This document shows positions 24,401 to 31,835 of a stretch of DNA of 64,000 nucleotides, piece after piece (position 1 is the stretch's first letter; every line of letters begins with the position of its first letter). The stretch covers positions 61,178 through 125,177 of the forward strand of contig JAGWZL010000001.1 of NCBI GenBank assembly GCA_018968815.1, in the 5' to 3' direction. The notes beneath the pieces were generated by a model. It did not search any database. It was not told the origin of the DNA and saw nothing but the letters and a program-made list of their open reading frames with translations. A program made the translations under genes and the position numbers. Source of the DNA: Verrucomicrobiota bacterium (GTDB taxonomy: Bacteria; Chlamydiota; Chlamydiia; Chlamydiales; SM23-39).

Positions 24401-25256
24401 GCCGCAACAAGACCACAGGCTCCGGAGCGAATGGCTCTTTGGCGAAGGCGATTCCGTCCATCCAGAAAGGGCTTGGCTCTGGGCAAGTCAGTTCAGCAAA
24501 TCGAATCTGTCGCAACAAGACCACAGGCTCTGGAGCGAATGACTCTTTGGCGAAGGCGATTCCATCCATCCAGAAAGGGCTTGGCTCTGGGCACGTCAGT
24601 TCAGCAAACCGGATTGGCCGCAACAAGACCACAGGCTCCGGAGCGAATGACTCTTTGGCGAAGGCGATTCCATCCATCCAGAAAGGGCTTGGCTCTGGGC
24701 AGGTCAATTCGGCAAACCGGATTTGCCGCAGTGGGACCACAGGCTCCGGAGCAAATGGTTCTTTCATAAAAACGACCTCGCTCATGGGAAAATCTCTGAG
24801 AGCGGGGCTTACAAGGGGGGCAAGTGGAATGGGCGCTTGGGGTTTTAGTTGAAAAGCAGGATAGTCAAGACCTGTGCAATGAAGATCTACCGGTTCTTCT
24901 ACTTGATATTGCGCCAAAAGAGCCAATCGTGGCGGCCCCACCTGTTGGTGGAGTTTTTGTTCTACGCTTGTCCCAATACGATCGAACTCCTGCTCTGCAT
25001 TGCTGAGATCTTCCATGGGCAGAATAGAGCGTTGGCATGGTTTCTCCATGCATATCTCCCGAGGGACGGGAGTGGACATCAGGAAATACTGCGCAACTCT
25101 TTGATTTCTAGATCCTTTAACAAAGAATGAGTATTCTTGAGATCCGTGGAGGAAGCCGAATTCTAGAAAAAAAGATCCTGGGATCAGGCTTTCGCGATAA
25201 AACACAAGCCATCCAAACACAACGAGAAGAAATAGAAGAATCTTAGCTTTTCTCAA
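21495..25256 (-). CDS. Repeat-rich outer-membrane protein with a C-terminal inverse-autotransporter-type (intimin/invasin-like) beta-barrel
   Basis: N-terminal anchor/signal 'MRKAKILLFLLVVFGWLVFY'. About 13 repeats of 36 aa plus about 5.5 repeats of 35 aa follow. The C-terminal ~274 aa carry 'NAGVGGRF', 'MLGFNVYYDYR' and 'QLGAGLEILGRRWNFRGNVY', and end with the linker-like 'QPIYRFEVIPVMKR'. Confidence 0.85.
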   Translation of the reverse strand: MRKAKILLFLLVVFGWLVFYRESLIPGSFFLEFGFLHGSQEYSFFVKGSRNQRVAQYFLMSTPVPREICMEKPCQRSILPMEDLSNAEQEFDRIGTSVEQKLHQQVGPPRLALLAQYQVEEPVDLHCTGLDYPAFQLKPQAPIPLAPLVSPALRDFPMSEVVFMKEPFAPEPVVPLRQIRFAELTCPEPSPFWMDGIAFAKESFAPEPVVLLRPIRFAELTCPEPSPFWMDGIAFAKESFAPEPVVLLRQIRFAELTCPEPSPFWMDGIAFAKEPFAPEPVVLLRPIRFAELTCPEPSPFWMDGIAFAKEPFAPEPVVLLRQIQFAALTCPEPSPFWMDGIAFTKESFAPVPVVPLRQIRFAELTCPEPSDFWMDGIAFTKESFAPEPVVPLRQIRFAALTCPEPSDFWMDGIAFTKESFAPEPVVPLRQIRFAALTCPEPSDFWMDGIAFTKEPFAPEPVVPLRQIRFAALTCPEPSDFWMDGIAFTKEPFAPEPVVPLRQIRFAALTCPEPSDFWMDGIAFTKEPFAPEPVVPLRQIRFAALTCPEPSDFWMDGIAFTKESFAPEPVVPLREIRFATLTCPEPNDFWMDGIALTKERFVDIPESSLPLILFAELTCPEPSDFWMDEIAFTTERFIDMPEEAPSQMQFAELSCPEPSDCLIDGVATREPFIDMPEEAPSQVQFAELSCPEPSDCLIDGVATRERFIDMPEEAPSQVQFAELSCPEPSDCLIDGVATREPFIDMPEEAPSQVRFAELSCPEPSDCLIDGVATRERFIDVPEEAPSQVQFAELSCPEPSDCLIDGVATREPFIDMPEAAPSQVQLAELSCPEPSDVASSEAPLEEAPMIHEAPTEIVQQPAEETHWASSAFEETACGEEAPSTDREYWVACHLLEAQESTWVMDPLTDPQMNEFPFGVLGIADRIESYPQCIPEELWHTPMLDHMAMEPVTERPAPPTATRSHPKSSQKETTSPPEVSHQSTMASFWPRRLTMSYVWGSQECHCLPLATNFATLDIFMAPKYRPGHIYPFIDLRGHRFANNTYATNAGVGGRFVPDASSGFCEMLGFNVYYDYRQGSIGYFNQLGAGLEILGRRWNFRGNVYAPFGKKRKLWRCTYDQYQGGYFAISDSIESIAYAFNQEVGYLIINGKLFSLEAVAGIYFIAKNQATSHSTVGVQGRIMPKYRDYLALDLSGRYDPLFGPIWEATFIVNLPLYQLSKQNLRPCGLRDWQIYQPIYRFEVIPVMKRQCWQANFD
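22750..24775 (-). repeat. In-frame tandem repeats: ~13 x 108 bp, then ~5.5 x 105 bp
   Basis: The 108-bp period was measured from recurrences of gaagtcgctcgg (23601 and 23709). The 105-bp period was measured from tcgct(a/g)ggttctggg (22861 and 22966). Units encode 'FAELTCPEPS(P/D)FWMDGIAF(A/T)KE(S/P)FAPEPVV(L/P)LRQIR' and 'FAELSCPEPSDCLIDGVATRE(P/R)FIDMPEEAPSQVQ'. Confidence 0.95.
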
Positions 25257-25622
25257 AATCCTTCAAATTGACTTTAAGTTTTCAAAGTGAATACTTTTAG
25301 GTCATAATTACCTCATAAACTTCTTAATAGAATCACGCTGTCTATAAATCAATAGCAGAGAGCCAGGAGAGAAGGGCTCCAAATGTATCTCACCCGCAGA
25401 TCGGCGCCGAAGAGCTACGAGCTGAAAAGATTCAAGTCGTTCTCATCTTTCAGCTTAAGGATGCGTCTGGGATCATGAATGGCGACACAAAAGATCGTTC
25501 ATCCCAGAGTTAAGAATGATGCAGCTCCTCATTTGTGCAAGTGGAAGGAAAGATTGGGTCATTGTTTAAAATCATTTTTATCAATATGCTTTAGGGCATT
25601 TCATTCATTCTTGAAGGTGCCT

Positions 25623-26501
25623 ATGAAAAAAAACGAAAGCAACAGCCTGATTCCCAACAAACTATCATTTGAAGGTTTAAAGCAGATCAACGAGCACGGA
25701 ATTGAATATTGGAGTGCCAGGAGCTTGCAGCCGTGCCTCGGATACTCTCAATGGAGGCGCTTCGAAAACGCCATCCAAAAAGCTATTGAGTCGTGCAAGC
25801 AGTCTGGAAATGATCCCAATCATCACTTTGCCGGCTCCGGCAAACAGATCAATTTCGGGAAAGGGGCTACTCAAGTTGTTGAAGATTATCATCTTTCGCG
25901 TTTTGCCTGTTATCTGATCGCGCAAAATGGAGATGCAAGAAAACCAGAAATTGCCCATGCTCAGAAGTACTTTGCGATTCAAACTCGACGCCAAGAACTG
26001 ACCGATGCTGCCGTTGCCGATCTCGAACGCATAGAGTTACGCAAGCAAGCCTCTCAAGACTTCAAAGCTCTCTCTGGAGCAGCGCGCGATGCGGGTGTCC
26101 AAAACAAAATGTTCGGAATTTTCCATGATGCCGGATACAAAGGGCTCTATGGGGGATTGGGGGCCGACGCAATCAAGGCACGCAAAGGGATTAATCCCAA
26201 AGAACAGCTCATGGATCGGATGGATAGAACCGAGTTGGCGGCTAATCAGTTTCGGATGACCCAAACGCGAGAAAAGCTCAAACGGGAAGGCATCAAGAAT
26301 CAAAGAGATGCTATCGAGGCCCACGAAGCAGTAGGAAAGGAGGTTCGGGCTGCCATCGCTAAAATCGGCGGTACTCCCCCAGAAAATATTCCCCCTGCTG
26401 AACACATCAAAAAAGTAGAAAAACGCTTAAAAAAGAACAAGCCAAAGTTACTTTTAGATGATGAAGATGCCGGATTGCTGCCTCCAAAACATTTCGAATA
26501 A
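25623..26501 (+). CDS. dinD: DNA-damage-inducible protein D homolog
   Basis: 'GIEYWSARSLQPCLGYSQWRRFENAIQKA', 'LSRFACYLIAQNGDARKPEIAHAQKYFAIQTRRQEL' closely parallels E. coli DinD as I remember it. The start was set to the ATG at 25623 (MKKNESN). The track start at 25479 adds 48 unsupported codons. Confidence 0.85.
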   Translation: MKKNESNSLIPNKLSFEGLKQINEHGIEYWSARSLQPCLGYSQWRRFENAIQKAIESCKQSGNDPNHHFAGSGKQINFGKGATQVVEDYHLSRFACYLIAQNGDARKPEIAHAQKYFAIQTRRQELTDAAVADLERIELRKQASQDFKALSGAARDAGVQNKMFGIFHDAGYKGLYGGLGADAIKARKGINPKEQLMDRMDRTELAANQFRMTQTREKLKREGIKNQRDAIEAHEAVGKEVRAAIAKIGGTPPENIPPAEHIKKVEKRLKKNKPKLLLDDEDAGLLPPKHFE

Positions 26502-26565
26502 ATGGAATGCAGGGCTTTCCATCTAGGTGCGATAGTTTGAACATCACTCACTGGTAAAAAAGAAA

Positions 26566-26640
26566 TCTGGGTGAGAGGATTTGAACCTCCGACCTCTTGC
26601 ACCCCATGCAAACGCGCTAGCCAAGCTGCGCTACACCCAG
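26566..26640 (-). tRNA. tRNA-Pro (anticodon GGG)
   Basis: Hand-folded cloverleaf. Acceptor CTGGGTG/CACCCAG with C1:G72 (typical of bacterial tRNA-Pro). D-stem GCGC/GCGC. Anticodon stem TTTGC/GCAAG with loop A-T-GGG-G-T. T-arm GGAGG-TTCAAAT-CCTCT. Discriminator A. CCA is not encoded. Confidence 0.9.
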
Positions 26641-26904
26641 ATGATCTGACAATACGGCGGCAAGACCCTCAAATTGGATCTCGGCCCGTTTAAATTCTTT
26701 GACTCCGTGCTGGGCGCACTCCTCAACAATTTTTTCCAGGGTGTCGCCAGGGTGGAGTTCGAGGGCTGTGATATCGACCGAAATGGAGGCCGAAAAGACC
26801 ACCCCGTTGCGGAGGCCTTTGACTCGAAAATTCGCAAAAATCGCATCTTTTTTGCGTGTAATATTGGTAAATCGAATCAAATTATTTTCAGCCAAGTTTT
26901 TCAT
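26617..26904 (-). CDS. Hypothetical small protein (doubtful)
   Basis: 95-aa ORF whose last 8 codons overlap the 5' end of the tRNA. No family was recognised. Confidence 0.3.
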   Translation of the reverse strand: MKNLAENNLIRFTNITRKKDAIFANFRVKGLRNGVVFSASISVDITALELHPGDTLEKIVEECAQHGVKEFKRAEIQFEGLAAVLSDHLGVAQLG

Positions 26905-26951
26905 TCGGAGTCCCCCACAAGAAGCTTAAATCTTAGTCGCTCTTATTTCTT

Positions 26952-26976
26952 TCTGTCAACCTGGAACATATCTAGA
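26952..26976 (+). repeat. Left copy of a 25-bp direct repeat bracketing the AlbA_2-type gene
   Basis: tctgtcaacctggaacatatctaga. It matches 28698-28722 at 22 of 25 positions, with the first 15 nt identical. Confidence 0.85.
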
Positions 26977-27217
26977 AATTCTTATGAACCCGCGCCCCAC
27001 ATGGGTGACAAGATGCTTGGGGCGAGGCAAAGCCCAAGTCTAAGAAGGTGCAGCCCTCGTTCTGACCCCTCGTTCTGACCGAGGAGCGCCATTGCCAGAG
27101 GCAGTAGCAACGAGGAAGATCGATTTGTTGAGGGCAGTCATTTTGAGTTTTCAAAAAAATATATTATATACATGTCATTGGCTGTTAAAGATATGCATTA
27201 GCTATGCAATTTTTTTC

Positions 27218-27252
27218 TGCACAGCATTGCACAGTAAATTGCACAGCTGTGC
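27218..27252 (+). promoter_or_regulatory. Operator-like triple TGCACAG repeat with an embedded 12-bp palindrome
   Basis: TGCACAG at 27218, 27228 and 27240 (start-to-start spacing of 10 and 12 nt). The perfect palindrome GCACAGCTGTGC lies at 27241-27252, ending 14 nt upstream of the ATG at 27267. Confidence 0.4.
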
Positions 27253-27266
27253 TATGATGGTTCCAT

Positions 27267-28616
27267 ATGATTGAGCAGCTACTTGCCGAACACGAAGGCA
27301 AAACAATTGAATTCAAAGAGACAGCCCGTTCTTTAGGCGGGATTATGAGGACGGTAGTCGCCTTTGCAAATAGTGCCGGGGGCACTATTGTCATCGGGGT
27401 AAAGGATAAAACAAAAGAGCTGGTAGGGCTTCCGCAGATTCTTTCTGAAGAAGAACGGCTTGCAAACGCGATTACAGATAGCATCCTGCCTCTTCTCACC
27501 CCTGACATCGAAATTCAGTCCATTCGAGGTAAGGAGCTGCTGGTTATTCGAGTCGCTCACAGCATCGGTCCTCATTATTTGAAGTCTGAGGGACCTGAAC
27601 GAGGTGTCTATGTGCGTTTTGGGTCTACGAATCGTTCGGTAGACGTTGAGATGCTCGATTCATTGCGCCTTTTAGCCAAGAAGGTTTCTTATGATGAGCT
27701 TCCTCACCCGAAAGGAGAGCTCAACGCAGAAATTATGAAAGATGTTTTCGAATGGGTAGGGAAAAGGCCGACAACACAAGTGCTGGAAAATTTGGGCGTA
27801 GAAACTGCTAGCAGTGGTACAAAATATCCCAGTAATGGCGGGGTTCTTCTATTTGGAAGCAATCGGATGCAGCTTTTTCCTGATTCACTGATCCGATGCG
27901 CCCGTTTTGGTGGTTCTAATCGGGAGAAAATTCTAGATCAAGCTGATATTGATGCGCCTCTGCCCCAAGCAGCGGATCTTATCATAGCTTTCATTGAGAG
28001 AAATATTTCAAAAGAAGGTCGAATCGGGCGCATGCAACGCGAAGATATTCCTCAATATCCCTCCGTAGCGATTCGGGAAGCTGTAATGAATGCTTTACTT
28101 CATTCAGATTATGCTATGACCGGATGCCATATTCAAATCGCTATTTTTGATGATCGCATAGAGTTTACAAATCCAGGAGGGCTTCCTTTTGGCCAGACAA
28201 TCGAGAAAGCGCTTGGAGGTTCTTCAAGGATCAGGAATCGTGTTATCGCTCGCGTATTTCGAGAGCTACATCTGATTGAACAATGGGGTTCTGGATTTCG
28301 CCGTATTGTGGAAGCTTGCCGAAGCCAAGGGCTTAAACCTCCTCTCATGGAGGAATTAAATAATCAGTTCAGACTCATTCTTTATTCGGAACAAGTCGAA
28401 GACATAACCATACCTCCGTGGGCACAAAAACTCCTTGAATATCTCAAAAAAGAAAGCGAGATCAGCGCAAAAGCCGCTATGAAACTCTGGGACGTCTCTT
28501 CTCGAACGGCTAGAAATCGCTTGAAACAACTTCAAGAACAAGGAATTATTGTTCGTATTGGGACTTCCGAAAGTGATCCGAGTGCCTCTTATATAGAAGC
28601 AAAACGATCATCATAA
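27267..28616 (+). CDS. AlbA_2 (Schlafen-like) / HATPase_c_4 / wHTH putative transcriptional regulator (COG2865-type)
   Basis: N-terminal 'EGKTIEFKETARSLGGIMRTVVAFANSAGGTIVIGV' is the AlbA_2 'divergent AAA' signature. The middle segment is 'REAVMNALLHSDY...IEFTNPGGL'. The C-terminus is winged-helix-like. Confidence 0.8.
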   Translation: MIEQLLAEHEGKTIEFKETARSLGGIMRTVVAFANSAGGTIVIGVKDKTKELVGLPQILSEEERLANAITDSILPLLTPDIEIQSIRGKELLVIRVAHSIGPHYLKSEGPERGVYVRFGSTNRSVDVEMLDSLRLLAKKVSYDELPHPKGELNAEIMKDVFEWVGKRPTTQVLENLGVETASSGTKYPSNGGVLLFGSNRMQLFPDSLIRCARFGGSNREKILDQADIDAPLPQAADLIIAFIERNISKEGRIGRMQREDIPQYPSVAIREAVMNALLHSDYAMTGCHIQIAIFDDRIEFTNPGGLPFGQTIEKALGGSSRIRNRVIARVFRELHLIEQWGSGFRRIVEACRSQGLKPPLMEELNNQFRLILYSEQVEDITIPPWAQKLLEYLKKESEISAKAAMKLWDVSSRTARNRLKQLQEQGIIVRIGTSESDPSASYIEAKRSS

Positions 28617-28697
28617 GAGAAACACATTATAGAGCCACATCTCTATTTCGTTCCCAGCCTCCTAGCTAATGGAAAACGATTTGATTCGATTTACCAA

Positions 28698-28722
28698 TCT
28701 GTCAACCTGGAATAAATCTCGA
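28698..28722 (+). repeat. Right copy of the 25-bp direct repeat
   Basis: tctgtcaacctggaataaatctcga, located 1746 bp from the left copy. Confidence 0.85.
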
Positions 28723-28787
28723 TGTTATACAGCGATCCATTCTTGACCCGTAAAAAGATTTGCTGATAATCTGAGGACTCGCTTTAT

Positions 28788-29489
28788 ATGGCATTCATCG
28801 CTGAAAAAATCGCTTACATGGAAGCTTCCTGGCTGGCAAAACTCCAAGAGGAGTTCGACAAGCCGTATATGAAGCATCTCGAAGCTTTTTTGGCTGGAGA
28901 AATCCGTTTGGGCAAAGAGATTTATCCCCCTTTCGAGCTCATCTTCAACGCCTTTTGCCAAACCCCGTTTGATCAGGTCAAAGTCGTCATCATGGGCCAA
29001 GACCCTTATCATGGAGCGGGGCAAGCTCACGGTCTCTCTTTCAGCGTTCCGAAGGGTGTGGCCCAACCCCCGTCTTTGCAAAATATCTTCAAAGAGCTGA
29101 AAGACGATCTGGGGATCGAACCGCCTCATCACGGCTGTCTCATCGACTGGGCAAAGCGGGGCGTTTTACTCTTAAATGCGACCCTCACGGTGCGCTCCGG
29201 CGAGCCTAAATCCCACTTTGGTCAAGGCTGGGAGACCTTTACCGATCGGGTCATTCAGCTTTTGTGCGAAAGAAAAGACCCCATTGTCTTCATCCTTTGG
29301 GGCAAATCGGCTGCTGAAAAATTCCAACATATCGGCTCCCATGCATCCCACCATCTCGTCTTAACGGCGGCGCATCCGTCGCCTTTTTCTGCTTACACCG
29401 GTTTTTTTGGATGCAAACACTTTTCAAAAACCAATGAATTTTTGAAAAAAGTGGGCAAACAGCCGATCGATTGGGCTATAGGATCCTAA
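28788..29489 (+). CDS. ung: Uracil-DNA glycosylase
   Basis: 'VVIMGQDPYHGAGQAHGLSFSV' and 'LTAAHPSPFSA' are family-1 UDG motifs. Confidence 0.95.
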   Translation: MAFIAEKIAYMEASWLAKLQEEFDKPYMKHLEAFLAGEIRLGKEIYPPFELIFNAFCQTPFDQVKVVIMGQDPYHGAGQAHGLSFSVPKGVAQPPSLQNIFKELKDDLGIEPPHHGCLIDWAKRGVLLLNATLTVRSGEPKSHFGQGWETFTDRVIQLLCERKDPIVFILWGKSAAEKFQHIGSHASHHLVLTAAHPSPFSAYTGFFGCKHFSKTNEFLKKVGKQPIDWAIGS

Positions 29490-30715
29490 TGGAAGCATCC
29501 AAGAAACTCAAATTTTTCACCCTCTGTTTCACATTTTTTGTCGACTATTTGAGCTGGGCTGTTGTGTTTCCGATTTTCGCCCCCTATTTTCTCGATGTGC
29601 AAAATCAGCTCTTTTCTCCCGATGTATTGGTCGGCACGCGAACGTTGATTTTGGGTTTTTTCCTCATGGCCTTTTCCTTAGGGCAGTTTTTGGGAGCGCC
29701 GCTCATCGGTGAATATGGTGATAAGCATGGCAGGAAAAAAGCGCTTGCTTGGAGCGTGCTATTCACCTTTTGCGCCCTTGTCCTCACCGCTTACAGCATG
29801 CGCAAGAACGATCTCTTTTGGATATTCGCAGGAAGACTCATCACCGGATTTTTCTCGAGCAGCACGAGCTTGTGTCTCAGTTGCGCCAGCGATCTGAGCG
29901 AAAATGAAAAAGAAAAAGTGAAGCGTTTTGGCACGCTCTCCATGCTAGGCGGATTTGCCTTCGTCGTGGGCGCTTTTGCAGGTGGAAAGCTCTCCGATCC
30001 GACGATCAGCAAAGCGTTTGCGGCAGATGTTCCTATTTGGATAGCAGCCGCTTTTACACTGATCAATTTCTTAGTGATTCTTGTGGGGTTTCGAGAAACG
30101 GTGATCGTTCATTCCGATGTCCGCTTCAACGCGCTCGAATCCTTTCAAAATATCAAACTCGCTTTAAAGACCGAAAAGATCAAACGGATTTATACCGTCT
30201 ACTTTTTATTTTTTACTGCATGGACTCTTCTGTTTCAGTTCATTCCCGTTTTGACTGTCGAGCGATTCTTTTATACGAATTCCAATATTGGCGATTTGGC
30301 TCTATTTATGGGGGTCTGTTGGGCGATCGGATCTGGATATTTGAACCATTTTTTGGTCCACCGTTGGAATTCTTATCGCATTCTCGAATGCTGTCTCATT
30401 GGATTCACCCTATTTTGCGCGCTGATTGTCTATCCTCAGCACATTTACACAACCTTGGTGGTCATCGGACTTTGCGTGCTCTTTGGCAGTATCGCTTGGC
30501 CTATTTGCACAGGGATCATCTCCAACACTGTCTCCTCCCAGATGCAAGGAAAAATCATGGGTCTGAGCCAATCGATCCAATCGCTCGCGATGACCCTCGG
30601 CCCTGTCATCGGAGGGCTTGCTTTTCAGTCCTCGTTGCAGCTCCCCTTTCTGATCGGAGCGGGAATCAGCGGCTTGTCGGTCCTCATCTATTTCCTCACG
30701 TTGAGAAATCGTTGA
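29489..30715 (+). CDS. MFS transporter (DHA1/TetA-like)
   Basis: About 12 hydrophobic segments and a 'GEYGDKHGRKK' loop-2/3 motif. The ATG at 29489 overlaps the ung stop (TAATG). The track start at 29471 is a TTG. Confidence 0.85.
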   Translation: MEASKKLKFFTLCFTFFVDYLSWAVVFPIFAPYFLDVQNQLFSPDVLVGTRTLILGFFLMAFSLGQFLGAPLIGEYGDKHGRKKALAWSVLFTFCALVLTAYSMRKNDLFWIFAGRLITGFFSSSTSLCLSCASDLSENEKEKVKRFGTLSMLGGFAFVVGAFAGGKLSDPTISKAFAADVPIWIAAAFTLINFLVILVGFRETVIVHSDVRFNALESFQNIKLALKTEKIKRIYTVYFLFFTAWTLLFQFIPVLTVERFFYTNSNIGDLALFMGVCWAIGSGYLNHFLVHRWNSYRILECCLIGFTLFCALIVYPQHIYTTLVVIGLCVLFGSIAWPICTGIISNTVSSQMQGKIMGLSQSIQSLAMTLGPVIGGLAFQSSLQLPFLIGAGISGLSVLIYFLTLRNR

Positions 30716-30746
30716 GAGGAATAGGCTGCTCTATTATTCTACAAAT

Positions 30747-30935
30747 ATGCGAGAATGGGTGGATGAGATCTCTGATTACATGCAACAAAGGGAAAGTGTC
30801 CCTGAACCCCTCATCGAATTATCGGAAGAATACCACCAAGCTGTGCTGGAGACAGAAATATTTTTTGAAGCCGCTGATGAGTTGCAATCCGCCATCACCT
30901 CAATCGTAGGGAAAATCGAACATGCCAATTCTTGA
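30747..30935 (+). CDS. Hypothetical small acidic protein (doubtful)
   Basis: 62-aa ORF overlapping the next gene by 14 nt. No family was recognised. Confidence 0.3.
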   Translation: MREWVDEISDYMQQRESVPEPLIELSEEYHQAVLETEIFFEAADELQSAITSIVGKIEHANS

Positions 30936-31827
30936 AGAAAAACAGATCGTCATCAAAATCCCTCGCCTGCAATCGTTCCTGTCGTTACGTTTTGCTCTTG
31001 TCGTGGGAGCTCTTTTGCTCGCCTGTGCATTCGTCTATTGGGCTCGCAATGTGCGTCCCTATCTCTCCCTTTCTTCTGCGCATATCAACGCCTATTCCAC
31101 GCTGTTAAGCAGCGACATGGCAGCGCGCCTTGTGGAAATAGGGCCTCAAGAGGGGGACCGAGTGAAAAAAGGGGCTTTTCTGTTCGCTTTTGATCGCAAC
31201 ACCTCTCAGTATGAAAACAAAAAGGCCTCGCTGGAACATCTGGAGCAACAAATCACTCTCGAAAAAGAGCAGATGATCGAAGCTATGGAGGGGTATTTGG
31301 CTGCCACGAGCGATTTTGAATTGGGCATTGGAGATCCTCATACTGTACAAACACAGCTCCAATTATTGGAAGAGGCGCAAAGAAAATCGGAAGAGGCTCA
31401 ATCGAAATTGGCAGCTGTTCAAAAGGAGCTCGACACGGCCGCTGTCGATCTGAAAAAAGGGGCCTATTGCGCGCCCTTTGACGGGGTTATTCTCAAGCGG
31501 TACAAGAATGAGGGAGAGGTTTGTGCGGTGGGCGATCGGATCTTTTCTCTCTGTGATTTGGATCGATTGTGGGTCGAAGTGCAGGTGCCAGAAGCCCACA
31601 TTGGCAAGATCACTCTCGGCACACCCGCCCGAGTGCGCCTCCATGCCTACCCAAATAAAGAGTTGATGGGCAAAGTGAGTTTCATCGGCTCTGCCACCGC
31701 AGCCAAAAGCAATTACCTCCCTTGGTCGCAGCAGGGAGAGTCGGTTCCGATTAAAATCACTCTAGACAGCAAAGATTCTGCTCTCAAACCCGGCTTATCC
31801 GCGCAAGTAGACCTCAAAGTGCGTTGA
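30922..31827 (+). CDS. HlyD-family membrane-fusion / periplasmic adaptor protein
   Basis: N-terminal TM segment, a lipoyl-like 'RVKKGAFLFAFD', a coiled-coil middle, 'APFDGVILKRYKNEGE' and 'GTPARVRLHAYPNKELMGKVSFIG'. Confidence 0.75.
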   Translation: MPILEEKQIVIKIPRLQSFLSLRFALVVGALLLACAFVYWARNVRPYLSLSSAHINAYSTLLSSDMAARLVEIGPQEGDRVKKGAFLFAFDRNTSQYENKKASLEHLEQQITLEKEQMIEAMEGYLAATSDFELGIGDPHTVQTQLQLLEEAQRKSEEAQSKLAAVQKELDTAAVDLKKGAYCAPFDGVILKRYKNEGEVCAVGDRIFSLCDLDRLWVEVQVPEAHIGKITLGTPARVRLHAYPNKELMGKVSFIGSATAAKSNYLPWSQQGESVPIKITLDSKDSALKPGLSAQVDLKVR

Positions 31828-31835
31828 AGGTATAT

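Noticed and set aside
22750-24775. Regularly spaced ~105-108-bp repeats that could look like a CRISPR-like array.
   Set aside because: The units are contiguous with no unique spacers. They are much longer than CRISPR repeats and are in-frame coding sequence of one large ORF.
25257-28722. Prophage or integrative element at tRNA-Pro(GGG).
   Set aside because: No integrase, recombinase or phage structural genes are present, and I could not find a duplicated copy of the tRNA 3' end by eye. Only the 25-bp direct repeats around one gene are reported, as a finding.
30037-30909. 290-aa plus-strand ORF overlapping the MFS transporter gene out of frame.
   Set aside because: It is Arg/Ser/Cys-rich and non-protein-like. 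It is almost entirely nested in a well-supported 12-TM transporter frame.
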